DNA from: an uncultured Chloroflexia bacterium
GTDB taxonomy: Bacteria; Chloroflexota; Limnocylindria; Limnocylindrales; CSP1-4
NCBI GenBank assembly: GCA_963707215.1
Contig: CAVPPB010000003.1
Coordinates: 192,001-256,000, forward strand
Length of the DNA: 64,000 nt
Reading direction: 5' to 3'
A program made the position numbers and the translations under genes. Under the pieces are notes generated by a model. It was not told the DNA's origin and searched no databases. It was given only the letters and a program-made list of their open reading frames with translations. Below are positions 1-9,699 of the stretch, one piece after another (position 1 is the first letter of the stretch; each line of letters starts with the position of its first letter).

Positions 1-2218
1 TGCTCCGCTCCCCGGTGATGAAGAAGCCGCCGATCTGCCCGGTCGCGCGGCAGTGCGTGCCGCCGCAGAGCTCCAGGCTGTAGTCCTGGACCCGGATCGT
101 GCGGACCGCCTCCCCGTACTTCTCGTCGAAGAAGGCGTCGGCCCCGGCGTCCATCGCCTCTGCCATCGTCATCACCTGGGCCGTGACCGACCGGTCGTCG
201 CGGACGATCCGGCGCACCTCCGCCTCGATGGCGGCGCGCTCGACGTCGGTCAGCGCCCGGTCGCCTGGGTAGTCGAAGCGCAGATAGTCGGGGTGGACGA
301 GCGAACCCGCCTGCCGGGCGGATTCGCCGACCACGTTGCGAAGGGCGCGATGGAGCAGATGCGTGCCGGTGTGGTTCCGCATCGCCCCGGCCCGTCGCTC
401 CGGATCGACGGCCGCGTGGACCGCGTCGCCGACCGCCACCCGGCCGTGGAGGCGTCCCCGGTGGACGACGAGTCCGCCGACCGGCCGCTGGGTGTCGAGG
501 ACGGTGAAGACGACCTCGCCGTGCTCGTCGCGGAGCCGGAGCTCGCCATGGTCCCCGACCTGGCCACCGCCCTCGGCGTAGAAGGGCGTCCGGTCGAGGA
601 CGATCTCCGCATCGGCGCCGGCCGGCGATCGCAGCTCGACCTCGGGTACGGCCGCGAGGTCCTCGTATTCGACCCCGTCACGCAGGATGGCCACGACCCG
701 AGCGTCGGCGGTCAGGCGCTCGTAACCCAGGAACGGGGTGTCGCCGGCGCGGCGCAGGACCCCCTCGTAGAGCTGGGTCATCTCGGCGTGCTGGCTCAGC
801 TCGGCCTTGCGACCGGAGCGGCTCCGCTGGCGCTGCTCCTCGAGGGCCTCGTCGAAGCCGGCTCGATCCACCCGGACCCCGTACTCCGCGGCCAGCTCGA
901 CGGTGAGGTCGATCGGGAAGCCGTAGGTGTCGTGGAGCCGGAACGCGACCTCGCCGTCGAGGACCGGGGCGTCATCGCCGAGGGTCTCCTCGCGCCGTCC
1001 GACGACGCGCTCGGCCGAGGTGAGCGGGATGAGCGCCTCCTCCAGCAGATCGGTGCCGGCGTCCAGGGTGCGGGCGAACTGGCGCTCCTCGCGGACGATC
1101 GTGCCCAGGATCTCATCGCGGCGCTCCGCGAGGTTCGGGTAGACGTCGCTCATCAGGTCGATGACGACCGCCGCCGTCTCGTGGAGGAACGGCTCCCGCC
1201 GCCCCAGCAGGCGGCCGTGGCGGACCGCCCGCCGGAGGATGCGCCGGAGGACGTAGCCGCGACCCTCGTTGGAGGGCAGGACGCCGTCGCCGATGAGGAA
1301 CGTGACCGCCCGGCTGTGGTCGGCGATGACCTGGTAGCTGAAGCGCTCCGCCTCGAAGGCCTCGGGATCATGCCCCAGCACGTCGCGCATCCGGTCGTGG
1401 ATGGGCCCGAACAGATCCGTGTCGTAGTTCGACCAGACTTGCTGGACGACCGACGCCATCCGCTCGAGCCCCATGCCGGTGTCGACGCCCGGCGCCGGAA
1501 GCGGCGTCAGGGAGCGGTCGGGGTGGAGCTCGAACTCCATGAAGACCAGGTTCCAGATCTCGAGCCAGCGGGGGCACTGCTCGTCGTGGTCCGGGATGCA
1601 GTGCGGGCCCTCGCTGAACTCCGGGCCGCGATCGAAGTGGAGCTCCGAGCATGGGCCGCACGGGCCCACGTCGGCCATCCGCCACCAGTTCTTCTCGTCA
1701 CCGGCCGCGAAGTCGCCCCAGCGGGCGATGCGGTCCTCGGGCAGGCCGATCTCGTCGCGCCAGACGCCGTAGGCCAGGTCGTCGGTCGTGTACACCGTCG
1801 CCGCCAGCCGTTCCGCCGGCACGCCCATGTCGCGGGTCAGGAACTCCCAGGCCCAGTGGATGGCCTCGCGCTTGAAGTAGTCGCCGAAGCTCCAGTTGCC
1901 GAGCATCTCGAAGAGGGTGTGGTGACGCGGCGTGCGCCCGACCTCCTCGAAGTCGTTGTGCTTGCCGGCGACCCGGAGGCAACGCTGGTAGTTGACGGCG
2001 CGGGTGTAGCTGCGCTGCTCGACGCCGGTCAGGGCGTCCTTGAACGGCACCATCCCGGAATTCACGAACAGGAGCGTCTGGTCGCCGGCAGGCACGAGCG
2101 AGGCGGAGGGCACGACCTCGTGGCCGCGCTCGGCGAAGAACTCGAGGAAGCGGCGGCGGATCTCCGCGGCGGGCAGCGCGATGATCCGGGGATCCGGCTG
2201 GAGCTGGGGGCTCGACAT
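1..2218 (-). CDS. alaS: Alanine--tRNA ligase (3' end truncated by the window edge)
   Basis: Manual minus-strand translation from ATG 2218: MSSPQ...AEIRRRFLEFFAERGHEVVPSASLVPAGDQTLLFVNSGMVPFK. The same frame gives the editing-domain motif ELCGGTHC at the window start. It is absent from the ORF track because no stop codon is in view. Confidence 0.97.
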   Translation of the reverse strand, partial: MSSPQLQPDPRIIALPAAEIRRRFLEFFAERGHEVVPSASLVPAGDQTLLFVNSGMVPFKDALTGVEQRSYTRAVNYQRCLRVAGKHNDFEEVGRTPRHHTLFEMLGNWSFGDYFKREAIHWAWEFLTRDMGVPAERLAATVYTTDDLAYGVWRDEIGLPEDRIARWGDFAAGDEKNWWRMADVGPCGPCSELHFDRGPEFSEGPHCIPDHDEQCPRWLEIWNLVFMEFELHPDRSLTPLPAPGVDTGMGLERMASVVQQVWSNYDTDLFGPIHDRMRDVLGHDPEAFEAERFSYQVIADHSRAVTFLIGDGVLPSNEGRGYVLRRILRRAVRHGRLLGRREPFLHETAAVVIDLMSDVYPNLAERRDEILGTIVREERQFARTLDAGTDLLEEALIPLTSAERVVGRREETLGDDAPVLDGEVAFRLHDTYGFPIDLTVELAAEYGVRVDRAGFDEALEEQRQRSRSGRKAELSQHAEMTQLYEGVLRRAGDTPFLGYERLTADARVVAILRDGVEYEDLAAVPEVELRSPAGADAEIVLDRTPFYAEGGGQVGDHGELRLRDEHGEVVFTVLDTQRPVGGLVVHRGRLHGRVAVGDAVHAAVDPERRAGAMRNHTGTHLLHRALRNVVGESARQAGSLVHPDYLRFDYPGDRALTDVERAAIEAEVRRIVRDDRSVTAQVMTMAEAMDAGADAFFDEKYGEAVRTIRVQDYSLELCGGTHCRATGQIGGFFITGERS

Positions 2219-2393
2219 CGGCCGCAATGGTAGCCGACCGGGCGGGTCGGGCCGGCGGCACCGCACGAGTCGCCGACCCGTCAGCGACACGTCGCGTGGC
2301 GACCGCCCGACCAAAGGGGCCATCGTGTCAAGCAGAACCGTCTCCCCGGAGCCGTCGTGGGGCACCTCGGCGCCATCCTCCAGGGCCTGGCGC

Positions 2394-2615
2394 CTAATGT
2401 CGCCGGCCGGATCCCCGATCGGCGTCGTCGGACCCGCGCCCGTGGTCGCGACGGGCACCCATGCCCAGCAGGGCTCCGACGACGGCGGCCCCGATCAGGG
2501 CGCCGATGGCCAGGCCCCGCAGGAACCGCGACCTCCCGGCCGGCTCCTCGAGCGCCGCGGCGAGCCCCCCGAGCGCCTCGACGACCTCATCGGCCACCTG
2601 GGAACGGTCGCTCAT
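2394..2615 (-). CDS. Small hypothetical protein with one hydrophobic helix (73 aa)
   Basis: MSDRSQVADEVVEALGG...RFLRGLAIGALIGAAVVGALLG. Its ATG overlaps the upstream TGA (ATGA) and GGAGG precedes it. Confidence 0.65.
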   Translation of the reverse strand: MSDRSQVADEVVEALGGLAAALEEPAGRSRFLRGLAIGALIGAAVVGALLGMGARRDHGRGSDDADRGSGRRH

Positions 2616-2893
2616 CGCACACCTCCTCGCGTCGGCCCCAGCAGCGCGAGCAGGGCCACGACCGCGATCCCGGCGATCGAGACGACCGAGGCCGCCACGA
2701 TCCGAAAGTCGCCGATGCGGAGCACGTCGATGCCGAGCCGCCCGCCGATCGCATCGCCCGCCCACGCCCCCAGGATCGCCGCCAACAGGACCAGCGGAAG
2801 CCGCCCCCCGGGTGTGCCCCGGACGGCCACGTAGGCGCCGGTCCAGAAGATCCCCACGAGTACGCCCAGGATGAGGGCGGGGCCCAGGCTCAT
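2612..2893 (-). CDS. Small multi-pass membrane protein (93 aa)
   Basis: MSLGPALILGVLVGIFW...; three hydrophobic segments; ATGA coupling at both ends. The track shows it fused to mnmA because of a frameshift. Confidence 0.7.
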   Translation of the reverse strand: MSLGPALILGVLVGIFWTGAYVAVRGTPGGRLPLVLLAAILGAWAGDAIGGRLGIDVLRIGDFRIVAASVVSIAGIAVVALLALLGPTRGGVR

Positions 2894-4048
2894 CCGACGG
2901 AGACCTGGGCGTCGATGGCGCCGTCCCGGTGCCGCTGCCCGAGTCGTGGGAGCGGCGATCCGGCCACCGCCCAGGCAGGTCTCGCCGTCGTAGAGCACCG
3001 CGGCCTGGCCGGGCGCGATCGCCCACACCGGCGAATCGGTCTCGACGATCCAGCGACCGCCACGGGCCGGCTCATCGGGTGCCACGGGCCGGACCATCGC
3101 CTCCGTCAAGGGGCCCCGGTGGCGGATCCGCACCTCGGCCCGGAACGAGCCTTCGTGGCCGACCGGCGGGCGATCGGCCACGAAGGACACGTCCTCCAGC
3201 TGGACAACCCGGGTCTCCAGGTCCTCGCGGCGGGCCAGGCGGATCAGGCCGCCGACCGGGTCGACCTCTGACACGTAGCGCGGCTCGCCCACGGCGACGC
3301 CCAACCCCGTCCGCTGGCCGATCGTGTAGCCGACCGCGCCATCGTGCCGACCGATCTCCCGGCCGCTCTCGTCGACGATGGCCCCGGAGGGTCCCGCGTG
3401 GCCGCCGCGCGCGCGCACCTCGGTCCGCACGTCGGCCTCGCCCACGAAGCAGAGCTCCTGGCTCTCCGGGGTGTCGGCGGTCGGCAGGCCCATCTCCCGG
3501 GCCATGGCGCGGACCTGGGTCTTGGTGAGGTCACCCAGCGGGAAGCGGGCGTGCCGGAGCTGGTCCTGCCGGAGCCCGTAGAGGAAGTAGGTCTGGTCCT
3601 TGGACCCGTCGCGGGCCCGTGCCAGCGCGACGGATCCGTCAGGCAGCTCGAGCCGTCGGGCGTAGTGCCCGGTGGCGACCGCGTCGCACTCGTAGAGGTG
3701 GCGGGCTCGCCCAAGGAGCGCCCCGAACTTCACGTACGTGTTGCAGTCGACGCAGGGGCTCGGGGTCCGCCCTGCCTCGTACGCCCCGACGAAGGCGTCG
3801 ATGACCCCGGCCGCGAACTCTCGCTCGAGGTCCAGGACGTAGAACGGGATGCCGAGAGCCGCCGCGACGCGGCGGGCATCGTCGGCGGCATCCAGCGAGC
3901 AGCAGCTCCTCTTCACCTCGGACGCGATGTCGGCCCGATCGTGGAGCCGCATCCAGACGCCGATGGCCTGATGACCCGCGTCACGGACGAGCGCCGCCGC
4001 GACCGAGGAATCGACACCCCCCGACATGGCGACCAGGATCCGGGCCAT
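2890..4048 (-). CDS. mnmA: tRNA-specific 2-thiouridylase MnmA (probable +1 frameshift near the 3' end, about 2930-2960)
   Basis: Motifs AMSGGVDSS, TPSPCVDCN, ATGHYAR, KDQTYFL, ESQELCF and PGQAAVLY. An alternative-frame TGA at 2890-2892 overlaps the next ATG, and the span is 3n+1. Confidence 0.93.
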
Positions 4049-4053
4049 CGACG

Positions 4054-5238
4054 TCAGGCCGGGGTCGCCTGGCCGAGCGGGTCGGCGGCGACCTCGGTGG
4101 CGCCCGCCCTGATACGGGCGATCGTCGCCGGGACGATCTCGACCGCGGTCGCCACGTCGGCCTCGGTGGTCGTGCGTCCCAGCGACAAGCGGAGCGCCCC
4201 GATTGCCTCGTCGGCTGGGTAGCCCATGGCCGTCAGGACGTGGCTCGGCTCGGTCGATCCCGTCGTGCAAGCCGAGCCCGTGGAGGCGGCGACCCCGGCC
4301 AGGTCGAGCGCGATGACCACAGCCGAACCGTCGGCGTCGCGGACGACGACCGACAGGTGCCCAGGGAGCCGCTCGCGCGGGTGGCCCGTCAGCTCGACGC
4401 CGTCCACCCCCAGGGCCGCCTCGCGAAGGCGGTCGCGGAGCTTCCGCAGCCGGGCCGTCGTCGCCGCCTGCTCGCGGACCGCGAGGTCGAGAGCGACCGA
4501 CAGCCCGACGGCACCGGCGACGTCCTCGGTGCCGGCCCGCCGGTAGCGCTCCTGGCTGCCGCCGTGCTGCTGGGGGAGGATGTGCGTCCCCCTGCGCAGG
4601 TAGAGTGCCCCGACCCCCTTGGGTCCCTCCAGCTTGTGCCCCGAGATGCTCAGCAGGTCGACGCCCAGCGAGCCGACGTCGATCGGCAGGAACGGGGCCG
4701 CCTGGACCGCGTCGACGTGGAGCAGGACCCCTTTCCGAGCGCGGACCGCCCGGGCGATGTCGGCGATCGGCTGGATCGTCCCGACCTCGTTGTTGGCCGC
4801 CATCACCGAGACCAGGATGGTCCGATCGGTGAGCGCCCGCTCCAGGTCGTCCGGATCGACCCGACCGTAGCGGTCGACCGCGATCTCGACGATCTCGAAG
4901 CCGAACTTGTCCAGGTGGGCCAGGCTGTGACCGACGGCGTGGTGCTCGACCGCGGTCGTGACGATGCGGTGTCCTCTCGCCCGCCCGGCCCAGGCCGCGC
5001 CCTTCAGGGCGAGGTTGATCGACTCCGTGCCTCCCGACGTGATGACGATCTCGCGAGGGTCGGCCCCGAGCCGGACCGCGATCCGCTCGTGCGCCTCGTC
5101 CAGCGCCGCGCGGGCCCGCCGCCCGAGGGCGTGGGGCGAGGAGGGATTGCCGAAGTCCTCGGTCAGGAACGGCAGCATCGCCTCGAGCGCCTCGGCGCGC
5201 AGCGGGGTCGTCGCGGCGTGATCCAGGTAGACGGTCAT
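4054..5238 (-). CDS. iscS: Cysteine desulfurase (IscS/NifS class I)
   Basis: Motifs YLDHAATTP, GNPSS, SGGTES, HVDAVQ, SGHKLEGPKG (PLP Lys) and STGSAC (catalytic Cys); adjacent to mnmA. Confidence 0.93.
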   Translation of the reverse strand: MTVYLDHAATTPLRAEALEAMLPFLTEDFGNPSSPHALGRRARAALDEAHERIAVRLGADPREIVITSGGTESINLALKGAAWAGRARGHRIVTTAVEHHAVGHSLAHLDKFGFEIVEIAVDRYGRVDPDDLERALTDRTILVSVMAANNEVGTIQPIADIARAVRARKGVLLHVDAVQAAPFLPIDVGSLGVDLLSISGHKLEGPKGVGALYLRRGTHILPQQHGGSQERYRRAGTEDVAGAVGLSVALDLAVREQAATTARLRKLRDRLREAALGVDGVELTGHPRERLPGHLSVVVRDADGSAVVIALDLAGVAASTGSACTTGSTEPSHVLTAMGYPADEAIGALRLSLGRTTTEADVATAVEIVPATIARIRAGATEVAADPLGQATPA

Positions 5239-5269
5239 GGGCGGCGATTCTACGCCGGGCGCCGCGTCC

Positions 5270-7183
5270 CTACGACCGGGGCTCCCGCTGACGGTCGAGC
5301 TCGCGGCTCCGCTCGCGCTCGCGCTCATGCTTCGGAAGGAGGCGCTTGCGAAGGCGGATCGAGTCCGGGGTCACCTCGACGAGCTCGTCGCCGCCGATGA
5401 ACTCGATGGCCGATTCGAGGGTCAGCGGGCGGGGCGGGGTCAGCCGCAGGGCCTCGTCATGGGCGTGGGTCCGGATGTTGGTGAGCTTCTTCTCCTTGGT
5501 CGGGTTGACGTCCATGTCACCGGGCCGGCTGTTCTCCCCGACGACCATCCCCTCGTAGACCTCGACCCCGGCCCCCACGAACAGCTCGGCCCGCTCCTGG
5601 AGGTTGAAGAGGGCGTAGGCGTTCGACGTCCCCGACCGGTCGGCGACGAGCACGCCGCTGGTCCGGTGGGTGACCTCGCCGGCCCACGGGCCGTAGCCCT
5701 CGCCGATCTGGTGGAGCAGGGCCGTCCCGCGCGTCTCGGTGAGGAGCTGGCCGCGATAGCCGATGAGCCCCCGGACCGGCAGGACGTACTCCAGCCGGAC
5801 CCGGCCGTCGGTGTCGGTCGACATCTGCTCCAGGCGGCCACGGCGCGCCGCGATCGACCCCTGGACCTCGCCGATGTAGTCGGGCGGGATGTCGACCGTG
5901 ATCCGCTCGTACGGCTCCTGGGTCTCGCCGCCGACGACGTGCAGGATGACCTCGGGGCGACTGACCTGGAGCTCGAAGCCCTCGCGACGGAGCTGCTCGA
6001 TGAGGACGGCCAGCTGGAGCTCGCCGCGGCCGCGGACCTCGTAGGCGTCGCCGCTCTCGGTCGGATGGATCTCGATGCTGACGTTGCCCAGCGCCTCTCG
6101 CCGGAGCCGGTCGCCGAGCTGGCGCCCGGTGACGTAGCGGCCCTCGCGGCCCGACAGGGGCGACGTGTTCGCGGCGAACGACATCCGCAGGGTCGGCTCG
6201 TCCACGTCGAGGCGCGGAAGGGGCCGGGGATCGGCCGGATCGGTCAGGGTGTCCCCGATGGTGACCTCGGGCAGGCCGGCCACCGAGACGATGTCGCCCG
6301 GACCGGCCTCGTCGATGTCGACCCGCTCGATGCCGTGGGCCGTCTGGAGGCTGGTGACGGTCCCGCCCAGGGTCACGATCCGGCCCGGCTCGACGCGCCC
6401 CTCGGTGTCGTCGGCCTCCTCGCGGAGGACCGCGATGCGCTGGCCGAGCCGGATGGTCCCGTTCCGCACCCGGCCGACCGCCATCCGGCCGACGTAGTCG
6501 TTGGCCATCAGGTTGGTGACCAGCAGCTGGAGCGGATGGCCCGGCTCGTAGCGCGGGGGCGGGGTCACCTCGACGAGCAGGTCGAGGAGGGGTCGGAGGT
6601 CGGTCCCGGCGACCGCCGGGTCGCGGGTCGCGGTGCCGGCCCGGGCGTTCGTGTAGACGACCGGGAAGTCGATCTGGCGCTCGTCCGCCCCGAGGTCGAA
6701 GAAGAGCTCGTAGATCTCGTCGAGGACCTCGCTTGGCCGGGCGTCCGAGCGGTCGATCTTGTTCACCGCCACGACGACCGGCAGGCGGTGGTCGAGCGCC
6801 TTGCGGAGGACGTAGCGCGTCTGGGGCAGCGGGCCCTCGGCCGCGTCGACGAGGAGCAGGATCGAGTCGACCAGGAGGAGCGAGCGTTCGACCTCGCCAC
6901 CGAAGTCGGCGTGGCCCGGCGTGTCGACGATGTTCAGGCGGACGTCGCCGTGCTCGACGGTCGTCTGCTTGGCCAGGATCGTGATGCCCTTCTCGCGCTC
7001 CAGGTCCATCGAGTCGAGGACCCGTTCGGCGACGGCCTGGTTGGCCCGGAACGTGCCTGTCTGGTGGAGCATGGCATCGACCAGCGTCGTCTTGCCGTGG
7101 TCGACGTGAGCGACGATGGCGATGTCGCGCAGGTCGTGACGGACCGCGGGAGGGGCGGCGGGGGTCGAGGTCGATGTGGACAC
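5270..7183 (-). CDS. typA: Translational GTPase TypA/BipA
   Basis: Motifs [48 protein letters not shown] and [17 protein letters not shown] start at 7183 is inferred. Confidence 0.96.
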   Translation of the reverse strand: MSTSTSTPAAPPAVRHDLRDIAIVAHVDHGKTTLVDAMLHQTGTFRANQAVAERVLDSMDLEREKGITILAKQTTVEHGDVRLNIVDTPGHADFGGEVERSLLLVDSILLLVDAAEGPLPQTRYVLRKALDHRLPVVVAVNKIDRSDARPSEVLDEIYELFFDLGADERQIDFPVVYTNARAGTATRDPAVAGTDLRPLLDLLVEVTPPPRYEPGHPLQLLVTNLMANDYVGRMAVGRVRNGTIRLGQRIAVLREEADDTEGRVEPGRIVTLGGTVTSLQTAHGIERVDIDEAGPGDIVSVAGLPEVTIGDTLTDPADPRPLPRLDVDEPTLRMSFAANTSPLSGREGRYVTGRQLGDRLRREALGNVSIEIHPTESGDAYEVRGRGELQLAVLIEQLRREGFELQVSRPEVILHVVGGETQEPYERITVDIPPDYIGEVQGSIAARRGRLEQMSTDTDGRVRLEYVLPVRGLIGYRGQLLTETRGTALLHQIGEGYGPWAGEVTHRTSGVLVADRSGTSNAYALFNLQERAELFVGAGVEVYEGMVVGENSRPGDMDVNPTKEKKLTNIRTHAHDEALRLTPPRPLTLESAIEFIGGDELVEVTPDSIRLRKRLLPKHERERERSRELDRQREPRS

Positions 7184-7275
7184 GGCGCGGCATTGTCCCA
7201 CGGATGGGTGACGTCGGCCCACGCTCGGCCCGCCGCCGTCCGCCGGGCGGCGCTGTGCCTGCTAGCATCCCTCGC

Positions 7276-7974
7276 GTGACCGTCGCTGCCGTCATCGTGG
7301 CCGCCACACCGGCCTCCGCCCTTGCCGATGCCGACGGCATGGCCAGGGTCCGTCGCGAGGCGGATGCCGCCTGGTCCGGCGGCGCCACCCCGGTCGTCGT
7401 CGTCGCAGCCGATCCCGACGGTGCCGTGGCGACCGCCCTTGCAGGTGCCCCGGTGACCCTCGCCGAACCGGCTCCGGCCGATGCGGGACCGGTGGGCCAG
7501 ATCATCCGCGGCATCGAGCTGGCGCGTGACCTGGTCAGCGAGACGAGCGCTGCGCTGATCTGGCCGGCCCGGATGGCCTGGGTCGGCCCGGAGACCGTGA
7601 CCTCGCTTCTGGAGGCCCACGGTGGCCGCCGGGACCGCGTCGTTCGGCCGGCATTCCGTGGCGAGCCCGGCTGGCCGGTCGTCATGCCGCTGGCCGCGGC
7701 CGGGTCGCTCGCCGCCCTGGGACCGGACCGGATGCCCGACGAGCTGCTCGTCGAACTCGAGGCGACGGGAGCGACGATCGAGATCATCGAGCTCGGGGAC
7801 CCCGGGGTCGTCATCGACGGGGAGACGCCGAGCAGTGAGCTCCCGCCGTACGACGGGCCGCCCGAGCCGGCCAGCGACCACGCCCACGAGTGGGGCGCGG
7901 CCATCGCCGACGAGCCCGATGGGCCACCGCCGTCGCCGCCCGTCGTCCCCTACCCGGCCGACCCCGTCGAGTGA
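7276..7974 (+). CDS. MobA/MocA-like nucleotidyltransferase-fold protein (degenerate)
   Basis: VAAVIVAA start, VVVVA strand, P..RGEPGWPV motif and ..GVVID end match the NTP_transf_3 layout. The LAxGxxxRM motif is missing. Confidence 0.6.
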   Translation: MTVAAVIVAATPASALADADGMARVRREADAAWSGGATPVVVVAADPDGAVATALAGAPVTLAEPAPADAGPVGQIIRGIELARDLVSETSAALIWPARMAWVGPETVTSLLEAHGGRRDRVVRPAFRGEPGWPVVMPLAAAGSLAALGPDRMPDELLVELEATGATIEIIELGDPGVVIDGETPSSELPPYDGPPEPASDHAHEWGAAIADEPDGPPPSPPVVPYPADPVE

Positions 7975-8738
7975 CCGAGGCTCCGCGCCGCCGCCGCCGC
8001 CTCTTCGTCGGCCTCGGGGTGATCGCTGCCGTCGTCGCGGTGATCCTGATCGGGGCCGGAGCCTGGCTCATCTGGCCGCAACAGAACCTGCCCGAGGCGG
8101 AGGCCGCCCTCGCGTCGACGCCCGTGGTGGCCTTCGAGGACGCCGGGGACTGGCTCGCCTACGAGCCGACCGGGGCCGACGCGGCCGTCGGCATCGTCCT
8201 CTACCCCGGGGCCAAGGTGACGGCCGAGGCCTACGCGCCGACGGCCCAGGCCATCGCCGCCCAGGGCTACGCCGCCTACGTCGTCCGCCTGCCCCTCAAC
8301 CTCGCCTTCCTGGCGCCGGACGCCGCCGAGGCCGTCCGCGACGCCGAGCCGGGCATCCGGACCTGGGCCCTCTGGGGGCACTCGCTGGGTGGCGCGATGG
8401 CCGGCCAGCATGCGGCCGAGCAGCCTGGGACCTACGCTGGCATCGCCTTCTGCGGCTCGTACCCCAATGGGGACCTGTCCGAGCAGGCCATGGCCGCCAC
8501 CTCGATCTACGGGACCCTGGACGGCGGCCTCGAGCGGATCACGTCCGACGAGACCCGGGCGCTCCTGCCCGCCGACACGACGTTCGTGCCGATCACGGGA
8601 GGCAACCACGAGGGCTGCGGCTGGTACACCGGCCAGCTCGGCGATCCGCCCGCCGAGATCGACCGGATCGAGCAGCAGCGCCAGATCGTCGAGGCCACCC
8701 TGGCCATGCTCGGTCGCCTCGGGGGCGGGACCCGCTAG
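7971..8738 (+). CDS. Membrane-anchored alpha/beta hydrolase
   Basis: N-terminal TM helix; motifs YPGAKV, GHSLGG (nucleophile elbow), GTLDG and GGNH; GTGA coupling to the upstream gene. Confidence 0.85.
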   Translation: MTEAPRRRRRLFVGLGVIAAVVAVILIGAGAWLIWPQQNLPEAEAALASTPVVAFEDAGDWLAYEPTGADAAVGIVLYPGAKVTAEAYAPTAQAIAAQGYAAYVVRLPLNLAFLAPDAAEAVRDAEPGIRTWALWGHSLGGAMAGQHAAEQPGTYAGIAFCGSYPNGDLSEQAMAATSIYGTLDGGLERITSDETRALLPADTTFVPITGGNHEGCGWYTGQLGDPPAEIDRIEQQRQIVEATLAMLGRLGGGTR

Positions 8739-9652
8739 GAGCCGGCAGCGGCCCGACCCAGCATCCGGCGGGCCCGGCCGAGCGGGATCGTGGCGGCCGC
8801 GATGCCGCCGACGACGAGCACGACGCCCAGGAGCTGCCAGGCCGAGGGCCGCTCGCCGAGCAGGACCATCGAGAGGATCACCGTGGCGACCGGCTGCGAC
8901 AGGAGGATGACCGAGGTCACGATGGCCGGCAGGCGCGGCAGCGACAGGGAGATCAGCAGGTAGCCGGCCGACTGCGAGGTGACCCCGAGCATCGCCAGCC
9001 AGGCCAGGCTCTCAGGGGCGGGGGTGAGGTCGAGATCGCCCATCGCGAGCCCCACGACGGTGGCCACGACGGCCGTCGACGCCGTCGCGATCGCCACCGG
9101 CCCGGCCGGCCGCCGAAGGTCGCTGCCGCCGCGACGGATGACCAGGAGGTAGCCGGAGTAGCAGAGCGCGGTCAGCAGGCCGAGGACGACGCCGAGGGCC
9201 GGGTCCACGCCGTAGGCGCCGGCGCCGATGACCCCCGAGATGAGGACGACTCCGAACAGGATCACCGGCACGGACAGCAGGACGGAACGCGACGGCCGCT
9301 CGCCGAAGAGGGTCCAGGCGACGAAGCCGACGACGAGCACCTGGGTGTTCGCCAGCACCGTCGCCAGGCCCGCCCCCACGGCCTCGATCGCGTGATGCCA
9401 GAAGAGCAGGTCGCCGGCGAAGAAGACGCCGGCGACCACCGCCAGCCCGACCGTCCGCCGTGGCAGGGGCCCGTGCCGCCCGCGCTCCCCGAGCCCGACG
9501 AGGACCAGGATCGGCAGGCCGAACAGGCAGCGGAAGACCGTCGCGGTCGAGGGCGACACGTCGGCCGCGACGTAGAAGATGCCCGAGAAGGCGATGCACA
9601 TCGCCCCCAGGAGGGCCGCCAGGCGAGGACGCGCGGTCAGGGCGCCGAGCAC
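8735..9652 (-). CDS. EamA/DMT family transporter
   Basis: About 10 hydrophobic segments in two repeats, each ending in GERPS. Confidence 0.88.
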   Translation of the reverse strand: MLGALTARPRLAALLGAMCIAFSGIFYVAADVSPSTATVFRCLFGLPILVLVGLGERGRHGPLPRRTVGLAVVAGVFFAGDLLFWHHAIEAVGAGLATVLANTQVLVVGFVAWTLFGERPSRSVLLSVPVILFGVVLISGVIGAGAYGVDPALGVVLGLLTALCYSGYLLVIRRGGSDLRRPAGPVAIATASTAVVATVVGLAMGDLDLTPAPESLAWLAMLGVTSQSAGYLLISLSLPRLPAIVTSVILLSQPVATVILSMVLLGERPSAWQLLGVVLVVGGIAAATIPLGRARRMLGRAAAGS

Positions 9653-9699
9653 GGCCGCTCAGCGCCGTGGGTCTGGCCGGGTGCCGGCGACCAGCTCGC

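Noticed and set aside
53-2233. 726-aa plus-strand ORF and similar long ORFs (5237-7279, 20708-22948, 29111-31546, 36338-39364, 43611-45440, 46842-48851)
   Set aside because: These are antisense shadows of well-supported minus-strand genes. Stop-free opposite frames are expected at this GC content, and none has family motifs.
2219-2393. Possible T-box upstream of alaS
   Set aside because: No TGGNACC antiterminator bulge on the coding strand, and a -10 element lies 8 nt from the ATG.
2612-4270. Apparent MnmA-membrane protein fusion
   Set aside because: An off-frame TGA overlaps the membrane protein ATG (ATGA, 2890-2893), and one extra base explains the read-through.
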